The position numbers were made by a program, and so were the translations under genes. From Gemmatimonadota bacterium (lineage in GTDB: Bacteria; Gemmatimonadota; Gemmatimonadetes; Gemmatimonadales; GWC2-71-9), in contig JBDUDP010000005.1 of assembly GCA_040002895.1 (NCBI GenBank), positions 3,110 to 67,109 of the forward strand: a stretch of 64,000 bases of DNA, written 5' to 3'. Below, one piece after another: positions 35,260-43,723 of the stretch; position 1 is the first letter of the stretch; each line of letters begins with the position of its first letter. The notes beneath the pieces were generated by a model. That model searched no databases. It was not told where the DNA came from and worked only from the letters and a program-made list of their open reading frames with translations.

Positions 35260-36050
35260 CAGGCAGCTTCCTTGGTCGAGGCCGTCCGGGACGACCGCTC
35301 TTCACGGGGTGGCTTGCTCGTCACGGGAGGTGCGACCAGCAGCGTACGCGCGGCCCAGAGTTCGCGCGCGAGCGGCCAGGCATGATATCGACTCTCGCGC
35401 TGGTGCCGATCGACCCGTTCCACCACCGGAACGGACTCGACGCGGCGTGCCCCTGCGGCGGCCCAGGCCAGGAGTTCCGCCCGTGCCGCCCATCCCTCAG
35501 TGGCGAGCCATGCGCCGGGCTTCTCCCGGAACGCATTGCGCAGCGCGACCAGACGAAAGGCCGCAAAGCCGGAGACGATGTCGCGGACTCCAGCCACACG
35601 AACGCGGCGTCCCAGCAGGCGCGGTGCCCAGCGACGTACCATCCGGCGCCAGCGGTCGGTTTCGCCCACAACCGTCGCTTCACCCACCACCACATCGGCA
35701 CCGCTGTCGAGGCGCTTCAGGAATTCCGGAAGATCCGCAGGGTCGACCGCGAAATCCGCGGGGAGGATGATCGCGGCATCGCGCTTGTGACGATCGCTCC
35801 GTCGCAGCGCCTCCTGCAGCAGACGTTCCACGGTGGCGGCGTAGCCGAGCCGTGTCTCCGAGCGGAGCACGGTCAACGGGAGCGCCTTGGCGTACGGCAC
35901 AAGCACCTCGCCGGTCGCGTCGGTGGAGCCGTCGTCGCCGACCAGCAGCTGGTATTCGCGACCCGAATCCTCGAGCACGCGGCGAATCTTCCAGAGCAAC
36001 AGGCCGATGGTGCTGGCCTCGTCATGGCTGGGAATGCAGAAGTAGATCAT
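35259..36050 (-). CDS. Glycosyltransferase family 2 (polyprenyl-phosphate glycosyltransferase-like)
   Basis: 'IPSHDEASTIG..L' and 'LLVGDDGSTDAT' (the DxD region). The size and C-terminus resemble DPM1/GtrB-type GT2 enzymes. Confidence 0.85.
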   Translation of the reverse strand: MIYFCIPSHDEASTIGLLLWKIRRVLEDSGREYQLLVGDDGSTDATGEVLVPYAKALPLTVLRSETRLGYAATVERLLQEALRRSDRHKRDAAIILPADFAVDPADLPEFLKRLDSGADVVVGEATVVGETDRWRRMVRRWAPRLLGRRVRVAGVRDIVSGFAAFRLVALRNAFREKPGAWLATEGWAARAELLAWAAAGARRVESVPVVERVDRHQRESRYHAWPLARELWAARTLLVAPPVTSKPPREERSSRTASTKEAA

Positions 36051-37132
36051 TGCGTTTCCGTCGTGAGCATCAGCGAACGATAGAGGGCCAGATACTCCTC
36101 CGCCATCCGACGCGCCGAGAATCGGGCTACCCGTTCCCGCGCACGCTGCCCCAGGTCCGTGGCCAGCGCGCGATCCTGGATGATGCGAAGCACCGCGGTG
36201 GCAAGAGCGGCCGCGTCCTGGACCGGGACCACGAGCCCCGCCCCATCCACCAGGATCTCCGGGATGCCCCCGCCGGCCGTGGCGGCCACCGGACGTCCCA
36301 GCGCCATGGCATCAAGCATGGCGGTGCCGAGTCCCTCCTCCTTGGAGGAGGTCACGAAACAGTCGGCGGAGGCGACGAGCGGAAGCGGATCGGGGAGGTG
36401 TCCCAACAGGCGAACGGTGTCGTGAAGGCCAAGGTCGGCAATCTGTCGCTCGAGCAGGCCGCGCAGTGGACCCTCGCCGGCGATGGCCCAGATCAGCTCG
36501 GGGTTGCTCGCGCGGGCATGCTGCGCCGCGAGGACGAGGGTGCGGTGATCCTTGTGATCCACCAGCGCGCCGGTGGCCAGTGCGAGGGGGCGGTCGGTCG
36601 AGAGGCCGACGGCGGCTCGGGCGCCCTGCGCGGAGGTACCGGCCACGGCGTCCACGTCGATCCCGGAGTGGATCACCGGGACACGATCGGGATCGATCCC
36701 GCTCTCGACCACGATGCTCCTGACCGCCTCGGAGATGGCCACCACTCGGTCGGCGCGTCCCCAGAACCCCTGGCGTCGGAGCGGGAAGTCGACGCGCCGG
36801 GTGGCGATGAACGGCACCCGGGAAAGCGTCGCGGCCATGCCCGCGATGGTGGTCGAGTGTCCATCGTGCGCGTGCAGGATCGCACCGCCACGACGACTCT
36901 CCACCCAGGCCCCGCGTGCAGCCGCCGGCGAAAGCCCGGCCTGCCAGCCCACGGCGTGGGTGCGCACTCCCACGTCGCCGAGACGTCGGTCGAGCTCCGT
37001 GCCCACGCCGGTCACGACCACCTGTGGGACGTCGAGTCGCTGCAGCTCACGGGCCAACAGCCACGCCTGTTTCTGTCCGCCGCGCCACTCCCGTCCACTC
37101 GCGACGTGCACAATTCTGGGTGTGGCCGTCAC
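36047..37132 (-). CDS. Glycosyltransferase family 4 (GT-B, Glycos_transf_1)
   Basis: 'IVHVASGREWRGGQ' N-terminus and the C-terminal 'VTSSKEEGLGTAMLDAMALGRPVAATAGGGIPEIL' EX7E-type motif. The GTG start at 37132 is in a GTGA overlap. Confidence 0.85.
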   Translation of the reverse strand: MTATPRIVHVASGREWRGGQKQAWLLARELQRLDVPQVVVTGVGTELDRRLGDVGVRTHAVGWQAGLSPAAARGAWVESRRGGAILHAHDGHSTTIAGMAATLSRVPFIATRRVDFPLRRQGFWGRADRVVAISEAVRSIVVESGIDPDRVPVIHSGIDVDAVAGTSAQGARAAVGLSTDRPLALATGALVDHKDHRTLVLAAQHARASNPELIWAIAGEGPLRGLLERQIADLGLHDTVRLLGHLPDPLPLVASADCFVTSSKEEGLGTAMLDAMALGRPVAATAGGGIPEILVDGAGLVVPVQDAAALATAVLRIIQDRALATDLGQRARERVARFSARRMAEEYLALYRSLMLTTETQ

Positions 37133-37851
37133 TCGCGGCGTGCCGCCTGGACCAATGCTGCGAACAGCTTGAGGTCGCGTGCGTCGGGATGCAGGGCCAG
37201 TTCTTCGGGATGCCATTGCACCAGCACGATCCATGTGTCCGGATCGGCGCTCTCCATCCCCTCGATCACGCCGTCAGGAGCAGATGCGGTGACCACGAGT
37301 CCGGGGCCAACCAGATCGGGGGCCTGGTGATGGAACGAGTTGGCGGAGATGGTGGTGGCACCGAGGATGCGATGCAGGTGGCTGCCGGCCACGATCTCGA
37401 CGTCGTGTGCCACCGCATCCCGTGCGCCCGCAGGGTCGTGGCTGATGTCGCTCGGTTGTTGCGCGGGCAGATCCTGAACCAGGGTGCCACCGAATGCCAC
37501 ATTGCAGATCTGGATGCCGCGACAGATGCCGAGGATCGGGAGATCACGGGCCTGGGCATCGGCGATGAGCGCGAGCTCGTTGGCGTCGCGGCGGTGATCA
37601 GGCACGCCGGCCATCGCGTGCGCGGTGGCCCGGTACCGTGCCGGATCGACATCCTCGCCGCCGGTGAGCAGCAAGGCGTCGCACTCCCCGAACAGCTCCA
37701 GCACTTCGTCCGTGCTGCACTCCGGCAGCAACAGCACCGGGAGGCCACCGGCGGCGAGCACGGCCTGGACGTACGGCACGTTGACGCCGGTGATGTGCTG
37801 CCCGTTGCGCGCTCTGGTGACGGCGGCGACGCCAATGCGGGGACGGCTCAT
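37129..37851 (-). CDS. Class I glutamine amidotransferase-like, gamma-glutamyl hydrolase family (peptidase C26, PuuD-like)
   Basis: 'LLLTGGEDVDP..Y', nucleophile elbow 'ILGICRGIQI.NVA.GG' and 'FHHQA'. Confidence 0.85.
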   Translation of the reverse strand: MSRPRIGVAAVTRARNGQHITGVNVPYVQAVLAAGGLPVLLLPECSTDEVLELFGECDALLLTGGEDVDPARYRATAHAMAGVPDHRRDANELALIADAQARDLPILGICRGIQICNVAFGGTLVQDLPAQQPSDISHDPAGARDAVAHDVEIVAGSHLHRILGATTISANSFHHQAPDLVGPGLVVTASAPDGVIEGMESADPDTWIVLVQWHPEELALHPDARDLKLFAALVQAARRE

Positions 37852-38333
37852 CGCAACGAATCCGGGAAGAGGGGACAGCGCGGATCGGCAATGGTGCGCG
37901 GATCGAGGCGCACGCCGAGCAGCGGGAGGGTGAGTTCGGGAAGGAGCAGCTGGCCAAGGACCGTGGCGCCGGGGACCGCGACGCCCTCATAGATCACCAC
38001 GCCCTGCACCTGATACCGTCCATCGACCACGAGCACCCCGTATCCGGCTGGCGCGCCAGCAGGGTGCTCGGTGACGGTGAGCCGAAGTCGGCCGGTGGAA
38101 TCGGTGGCCAACGCGCCGGTGACTGCTGCACCGGCCACGAAGCGGACCGGCACGCGTTCCGGGACGACCGGCGGCACCTGGTCGAGCAGGTTGCCCTTGC
38201 CGAACGACTCCAGCACCACGAGCGGTGCCGTGAGCGCCGAGATGCCGCAGGCCGCCGACCCGCTCTTCGACGTGCCGCACCCTGCCAGGGCGGCGCAGAC
38301 GACGAGGCTGAGGGGGGCGAGCTTGGCGATCAC
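37848..38333 (-). CDS. Hypothetical lipoprotein
   Basis: The GTG at 38333 gives 'VIAKLAPLSLVVCAALAGC', a lipobox. The ORF extends to 38411, but that stretch looks non-signal. ATGA overlap with the downstream amidotransferase gene. Confidence 0.5.
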   Translation of the reverse strand: MIAKLAPLSLVVCAALAGCGTSKSGSAACGISALTAPLVVLESFGKGNLLDQVPPVVPERVPVRFVAGAAVTGALATDSTGRLRLTVTEHPAGAPAGYGVLVVDGRYQVQGVVIYEGVAVPGATVLGQLLLPELTLPLLGVRLDPRTIADPRCPLFPDSLR

Positions 38334-38440
38334 GGCGGGCCTCCGGACGAAGGGGACGGTCCAATCTAAGCGGGCGGTTGCTTGACCACGGTGCGTCGCG
38401 GCGGGTACCATTCGCCTGCCTTCCTCTCGCCATCCCCGGA

Positions 38441-38974
38441 ATGAATCTCGACGACCTGAAGCTGCATCTCGACCGGCTCTTTGCCACGCGTCCCGACCCC
38501 CGCGATCAGGCGGCCGGGCTGCGGGACGCGTTGGTCGAGTTCAAGGTCGGCATCGGCCAGCTGCGCGAGGCGCTCGGCCGCACCGAGCGGGAGCTCGAGG
38601 TGACGCGACGCGAAACGTCCGATTACGAGCGACGCGGGCGGCTCGCGGGTGAGGTCGGCGACCTTGAGACCGCGCGACTCGCCGACGAGTACACGGCCAA
38701 GGCCCGAGAAAAAGTCGACCTGCTGGAACGGAAGGTCATTATCCAGCGCGACGAACTCCACATGGCCGAGCGGGACTACGACGCCACCAAACAGCAGTAC
38801 CAGGCCGCTGCTCGCGGGATTCCCTCCGGCCTCCGCGCCTCCCCCGATCCCCTCGACGACTCCGCCGCCTACGAATCCGCCACCGAACACCTCCTCCTCG
38901 ACCAGCGCGCCAGGGAATCGGCGGTCGAGGCCCAGCTCGCCCTGCTCAAGAAAAAACTTTCGGAGCCCACGTGA
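38441..38974 (+). CDS. Coiled-coil protein, weakly PspA/IM30-like
   Basis: Met22 of ORF 38378..38974. A heptad-rich, charged helical sequence ('GQLREALGRTERELEVTRRE', 'GDLETARLADEY..KAREKVDLLERK'). Confidence 0.5.
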   Translation: MNLDDLKLHLDRLFATRPDPRDQAAGLRDALVEFKVGIGQLREALGRTERELEVTRRETSDYERRGRLAGEVGDLETARLADEYTAKAREKVDLLERKVIIQRDELHMAERDYDATKQQYQAAARGIPSGLRASPDPLDDSAAYESATEHLLLDQRARESAVEAQLALLKKKLSEPT

Positions 38975-40491
38975 CGACGCTGCCTCCCCAGACCGGATTC
39001 TTCGGCCATCCCGCCGGACTGCGCACCCTCTTTTTCGCCGAGATGTGGGAGCGATTCTCCTACTACGGCATGCGCGCCCTGCTGGTGCTCTTCATGACCG
39101 CACCCAAGGAGGTTGGCGGCCTCGGCTGGGAGGTGCTCAAGGCCGGTGCCGTCTACGGCGTCTACACCTCGCTGGTCTACATGCTCTCGCTGCCGGGTGG
39201 CTGGATTGCCGATCGGATCATCGGGCAGCGGAAGGCGGTGTTCTGGGGCGGGGTGGTGATCATGCTGGGTCACATCGCCCTCGCTGTTCCGATCGAGAAC
39301 TTTTTCTTCCTCGGGCTGGGACTCGTCGTCGTCGGCACAGGCCTGCTCAAGCCGAACATCTCCACCATCGTCGGGCAGCTTTACTCCAAGGACGATATCC
39401 GTCGTGACGGCGGCTTCTCCATTTTCTATATGGGCATCAACCTCGGTGGCTTCGCGGCGCCGCTGGTGACGGCCTACCTCGCCCAGAGTCCGGGCTTCAA
39501 GGCAACGCTGGCAGGCTGGGGCCTCTCGCCCGAGAACTCCTGGCACTTCGGCTTCGCCGCGGCGGCCGTCGGCATGGCGCTCGGTCTGATCTGGTATGTC
39601 GTCGACTCCAAGTCGATGGGTGACGCCGGGTTGCACCCGGCGCCGGTGAGCGGCCCGGAGGAGCATGCCCAACTTCGTCGCCTGCTCTGGGGCAACGTCG
39701 CCCTGCTGGTCGCCATCCTCGGCATCATTGGCGCACTCGGCGCCGCAGGGGTCATCGAGATCACTGCCGCTCGCGTGAACACCGCGTTTGGCGGACTGCT
39801 GCTGGTGACGGTGCTGGTGTTCTTCGGCTGGCTCTTCTTCGCGGCGAAGTGGACGCCTGAGGAGCGGCGGCGCCTGGTGGTCATTGCGGTGCTCTTTCTC
39901 GGCGCGGCGGTGTTCTGGTCGGTGTTCGAGCAGGCGGGCTCCACGTTGAGTCTCTTCGCCGACCGGAGCACCCGGAACGAGATCTTCGGCAAGTCGTTCA
40001 CGTCGGGATCTTGGCAGTCGATCAATTCCCTCTGGATCATCCTTCTCGCGCCGGTGTTCGCGTGGGTTTGGGTGAAACTCGGCAACCGCAACCCCTCCTC
40101 GCCGGCCAAGTTCGCTTTCGGTCTCCTGTTCGTTTCGCTCTCCTTTGCATGGATGGTCCCGGCGGCCAAGCTGGCCGGGGAAGGGAATCGGGTGGGCTGG
40201 TGGTGGCTGCTGGTCTGCTACTTCCTGCAGACGGTGGGTGAACTCTCGCTCTCCCCGGTGGGGCTCTCCGCCATGACGAAGCTCGCGCCGACGCGCGTGG
40301 TCTCGTTGATGATGGGGGTCTGGTTCCTTGCGGCATCGGTCGGCAACTACATCGGTGGCAACGTGGCTTCCCTATATGAATCGTTCTCGCTGCCGACACT
40401 ATTCGGGGCAGTCTCGTTGTATGCCCTGGCATTCGCGATCATCCTCGCGCTGCTGGTGCGACCCATCAATCGGATGTTGGCGAAGGGATAG
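38971..40491 (+). CDS. Proton-dependent oligopeptide transporter (POT/PTR2 family, DtpT-like)
   Basis: 'FFAEMWERFSYYGMRALLVLFM', 'GGWIADRIIGQRK' and 'FYMGINLG' motifs, with about 14 TM. GTGA overlap with the upstream gene. Confidence 0.9.
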   Translation: MTTLPPQTGFFGHPAGLRTLFFAEMWERFSYYGMRALLVLFMTAPKEVGGLGWEVLKAGAVYGVYTSLVYMLSLPGGWIADRIIGQRKAVFWGGVVIMLGHIALAVPIENFFFLGLGLVVVGTGLLKPNISTIVGQLYSKDDIRRDGGFSIFYMGINLGGFAAPLVTAYLAQSPGFKATLAGWGLSPENSWHFGFAAAAVGMALGLIWYVVDSKSMGDAGLHPAPVSGPEEHAQLRRLLWGNVALLVAILGIIGALGAAGVIEITAARVNTAFGGLLLVTVLVFFGWLFFAAKWTPEERRRLVVIAVLFLGAAVFWSVFEQAGSTLSLFADRSTRNEIFGKSFTSGSWQSINSLWIILLAPVFAWVWVKLGNRNPSSPAKFAFGLLFVSLSFAWMVPAAKLAGEGNRVGWWWLLVCYFLQTVGELSLSPVGLSAMTKLAPTRVVSLMMGVWFLAASVGNYIGGNVASLYESFSLPTLFGAVSLYALAFAIILALLVRPINRMLAKG

Positions 40492-40505
40492 CCCGTGCGA
40501 GGTGC

Positions 40506-42479
40506 GTGGTGACGAGTGAATCGAGAGGTGGCTCAGCGGTGCTGGTCCACCTCTCCTGTTTCGGCGGGCTGCGCGTCACGGCGGAGACGCCGCTGGGTCC
40601 TGGATTCCTGGATCCACGACGGGTGGCCCTGTTGGCCGTGCTGGCGGCTGCCGGACGCGAGGGCGTCCGCCGCGAGCGACTCCGCGACCTGCTCTGGGAG
40701 GACAACGCCGACGGCGCCGCCGATCGCGAACTCGAGGCCGCGCTCGCTGCCCTGCGCCGCGGCGGCAACGGTGATGCCCTCCTCCTCGGCGACGACACCG
40801 TCCGGCTCCATCCCGATCGGGTCACCAGTGACGTCGCCGAATTTCTCGCGGCCGTCGACCGCGATGACTCGGCCACCATCGCCCGGCTCTATGAAGGACC
40901 CTTCCTGCATGGCGTCGCGCTCGATGCCGGGCCCCGCTTTGCCACTTGGCTGGCAGACTCACGAGAATATTTCGCCGAGCTGTTTCAGCAGGCGATGTCC
41001 CGGTCACGCTCTGGGGCTGACGTGCGCTCCGATGCGGCCGTCGATGAGGCGCTGCCCCGGTGGCGGCGCTGGTGGTGGGGCGTGCCCATCGCGTGCGGTG
41101 TTGTTGCCGTGGTCTGGTTTGCCACGCGTCCTCGCACGGTACGCGATGCCGATGCCGCGATGGCGCACGGCGCGTTTGGCCTCGCTGCGGACGGTTATCA
41201 GCGGGCCGTTGCGCGTCGGCCCGCCGATGCGATGCTCTGGTTCAAATTGTCGCGGGCGTGGGATGCTTCGGGCAATGTCACCGGTGCCGATTCGGCATCG
41301 CGCCGCGCCGATGCGCTCACGGAGCAGCGCTCGCGGGACGAGGCGCGACTGGTGCACGGACAGCAGTTGTGGCGCGAGGGACGAATCGTGCAGGCCTTGG
41401 CGAGCCTCGACTCACTGCTGCGCGAGCGACCCAACGACCCCAACGCGTGGGCGCTGCGCGCACTGGTGGTGACCCGGTCGGGCGCGTTGATCGGCGTGTC
41501 GCGCGAGAGCGCGCTACCGGCGCTTGAGCGGGTCACGACGCTCGATCCCTCGCGGATCGCGGCATGGCGTGCACTGCTGGCACTCGCGCTTGGCCGCGGT
41601 GATACCACGCTGGCGAGTCGCGCGTGGACGGCAATGGAGCGCGTCACCACCGACAGTCAGTTCCGATGGCTACCCGCGCTGTGGTCGGCGGATACGATGG
41701 CGTTGACACGGGAGATTGCGCGCCTGCCCATGCTGTCGCCTCGTGAGCTGCTCGATCACGCCGTCTGGATCGGCCTTGTCACGGGGCGAACCACCGACGC
41801 GTTGCGGGTGACCGATGCACTCCTGGCACGCCCCGATGCCGATGCATTCCTCACCGAGACTCGGTTGCTCCGGGCGCAACTGTACGGCTCCGTGGCCGAC
41901 TGGTCAGGGCTCGAGCAGGAAGGGCGCGCGCTCTGCCACACCTGGCCCTGGGGCGGGATGATGTTGGAGGTGGCGGCGGCGCTCGCACCCGCTCGCACGG
42001 TCGATCGCGCGGCGCTGCGTGCACTCCGGGACCGGCTCGCGGCCGTGCAGAGCGATTCGGCACAGCGCCCCTTGCTCCTCCCCGGGTGGAGCCGGACGCT
42101 TCGGCTCTATCTCGTGGGAGAGCTCTCCGCTCGGCTCGGTGACGCCGGCGGCGTACAGGCCGCGGTCGATTCGCTCGCTTCCCCGAAACTGGGGGAGCTC
42201 GAACTCCCTCGCCGAGGGGGGAGTTACGCCCTGTCGCTTCAGGCGCTGCAGCTTGCGCAGCGGGGCGATTCGGCCGGGGCGCTCACCCGGCTGGAACAGG
42301 CCGCTGCCTCGGTGGGGGTCGGTGCTCAGGAGCTGCTCTGGGTCAATGGCTCGCTCGAGCGCCGGCGACGGGTCCGCCTCCTGGAGGCAGTGGGGCGCCT
42401 CGACGAGGCCCGCGGCTGGGCAGGAAGCCTCGGGGGGGTCCGCTCTGACCTGCTGCTGGGGCCAACGCCGGCACCGTAG
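40506..42479 (+). CDS. Membrane-anchored SARP/BTAD-like transcriptional regulator with periplasmic TPR-like domain
   Basis: N-terminal 'LSCFGGLRV..RRVALLAVLAAAGREGVRRERLRDLLWED' (winged-helix of the SARP type). A BTAD-like helical block ('DVAEFLAAV..LYEGPFL'). A single TM 'WWWGVPIACGVVAVVWF'. Then about 430 aa of helical repeats. Confidence 0.6.
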   Translation: MVTSESRGGSAVLVHLSCFGGLRVTAETPLGPGFLDPRRVALLAVLAAAGREGVRRERLRDLLWEDNADGAADRELEAALAALRRGGNGDALLLGDDTVRLHPDRVTSDVAEFLAAVDRDDSATIARLYEGPFLHGVALDAGPRFATWLADSREYFAELFQQAMSRSRSGADVRSDAAVDEALPRWRRWWWGVPIACGVVAVVWFATRPRTVRDADAAMAHGAFGLAADGYQRAVARRPADAMLWFKLSRAWDASGNVTGADSASRRADALTEQRSRDEARLVHGQQLWREGRIVQALASLDSLLRERPNDPNAWALRALVVTRSGALIGVSRESALPALERVTTLDPSRIAAWRALLALALGRGDTTLASRAWTAMERVTTDSQFRWLPALWSADTMALTREIARLPMLSPRELLDHAVWIGLVTGRTTDALRVTDALLARPDADAFLTETRLLRAQLYGSVADWSGLEQEGRALCHTWPWGGMMLEVAAALAPARTVDRAALRALRDRLAAVQSDSAQRPLLLPGWSRTLRLYLVGELSARLGDAGGVQAAVDSLASPKLGELELPRRGGSYALSLQALQLAQRGDSAGALTRLEQAAASVGVGAQELLWVNGSLERRRRVRLLEAVGRLDEARGWAGSLGGVRSDLLLGPTPAP

Positions 42480-42486
42480 CGGCGCC

Positions 42487-42515
42487 TTGACGTATCAATA
42501 TTTATTGATTACAAT
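42487..42515 (+). promoter_or_regulatory. Near-consensus sigma70 promoter TTGACG-17 nt-TACAAT for arsR
   Basis: The -35 TTGACG lies at 42487-42492 and the -10 TACAAT at 42510-42515, with a 17-nt spacer. The ATG at 42523 lies 7-8 nt downstream of the -10, suggesting a leaderless transcript. Confidence 0.55.
42494..42509. promoter_or_regulatory. ArsR/SmtB-type operator palindrome ATCAATA-TT-TATTGAT
   Basis: A perfect 7-bp inverted repeat fills the promoter spacer immediately upstream of arsR. It is AT-rich in a GC-rich context. Confidence 0.6.
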
Positions 42516-42522
42516 GGAACGC

Positions 42523-42849
42523 ATGACCATCACGGTTGCCGCTTCCCGCCACCGCACCGCAGCGCTGGCCCATGCCCTCTCCGATGAGACCCGGCTGGAT
42601 CTGCTCGCCGCGCTGCGACATGGCGAACGCTGCGTCTGCGACTTGGTCAGCGATCTCGATGCCGCCCAGTCCCGTCTCTCGTTCCACCTCCGCGTGCTCA
42701 AGGATGCCGGCCTGGTCACTGACCGGCGTGAGGGGCGCTGGAGCTTCTACACCCTGGTGCCAGGTGCAATCGATGAACTTCACGATGCCGTCGTCGCGAT
42801 GAAGCCGCCTCATCTGCTCCCCGTGCTCGCTGGAGCGTGCTGTTCCTGA
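42523..42849 (+). CDS. arsR: ArsR/SmtB family metalloregulatory repressor
   Basis: 'LSDETRLDLLAALRHGERCVCDLV..L..AQSRLSFHLRVLKDAGLV..RREGRW.FY' (HTH with a CVC metalloid site). An in-frame ATG at 42514 would overlap the -10 box. Confidence 0.85.
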   Translation: MTITVAASRHRTAALAHALSDETRLDLLAALRHGERCVCDLVSDLDAAQSRLSFHLRVLKDAGLVTDRREGRWSFYTLVPGAIDELHDAVVAMKPPHLLPVLAGACCS

Positions 42850-42872
42850 GGGCCGTCTTGTTTTCCCGAATT

Positions 42873-42890
42873 AATCAATAATTGTTGATT
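42873..42890. promoter_or_regulatory. Second ArsR-type operator-like palindrome AATCAAT-AATT-GTTGATT upstream of arsM
   Basis: An 18-nt inverted repeat with one mismatched pair. It shares the ATCAA/TTGAT half-sites with the arsR operator. It is directly followed by the SD GGAGGAG (42891-42897) and the arsM ATG at 42905. Confidence 0.5.
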
Positions 42891-42904
42891 GGAGGAGATG
42901 TGCC

Positions 42905-43723
42905 ATGTCCCATGCTGAGCTGACAAATCTGGTGCGGGAACGCTACGGCGAGGCTGCGCGTCGCGCCGAAGGCAACGAGCGCGCTGGCGGCTGTTGCGGC
43001 GGGAGCTGCGGGGCCGATCCGATCACGTCCGATCTCTACGCGGCGGATGAGTCGTCACAAGTTCCCGACCTTGCCGTCGCCGCATCGCTCGGCTGCGGCA
43101 ATCCCACGGCGCTGGCAGCACTGCGTCCCGGCGAGGTGGTGCTCGACCTTGGCTCGGGAGGGGGGATCGACGTGCTGCTGTCGGCGCGCCGCGTCGGGCC
43201 AACGGGGAAAGCGTATGGGCTCGACATGACCGACGAGATGCTCGCGATTGCGCGCAAGAATCAGGCAGCCTCGGGGCTCGACAATGTCGAGTTCCTGAAG
43301 GGGGAAATCGAATCGATCCCCCTACCCGACAACTCGGTTGATGTCATCATCTCGAACTGCGTCATCAATTTGTCGGGTGACAAGCGTCGGGTGCTGAGCG
43401 AGGCCTTCCGCGTGCTGCGACCCGGCGGCCGCTTCGCCGTCAGCGATGTGCTCACCCGAGGCGACATCCCGGCTGAGGTTCGGAGCAGCATGGCGCTCTG
43501 GACCGGCTGTGTGGCCGGCGCACTGGATGAGGAGGAGCTGCTGGGAATGCTGCGGGAGATCGGCTTCGTGGAGCCGAGCATCGAACCGACCCGGGAATAC
43601 ACCGGCGCCGATGCGGCGCAGATCCTGGCGGATGGTGGACTCGCCGACACGCTGCCGACTGCCGCCATTGACGGTCATCTGTTCTCGGGTTTCGTGCGCG
43701 CGCTGAAGCCGCTCCCGTCGTGA
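42905..43723 (+). CDS. arsM: Arsenite S-adenosylmethionine methyltransferase
   Basis: N-terminal 'VRERYGEAA......GGCCGGSCG', '[10 protein letters not shown]', SAM motif '[12 protein letters not shown]' and 'LWTGCVAGA' with the conserved Cys residues. Confidence 0.9.
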   Translation: MSHAELTNLVRERYGEAARRAEGNERAGGCCGGSCGADPITSDLYAADESSQVPDLAVAASLGCGNPTALAALRPGEVVLDLGSGGGIDVLLSARRVGPTGKAYGLDMTDEMLAIARKNQAASGLDNVEFLKGEIESIPLPDNSVDVIISNCVINLSGDKRRVLSEAFRVLRPGGRFAVSDVLTRGDIPAEVRSSMALWTGCVAGALDEEELLGMLREIGFVEPSIEPTREYTGADAAQILADGGLADTLPTAAIDGHLFSGFVRALKPLPS

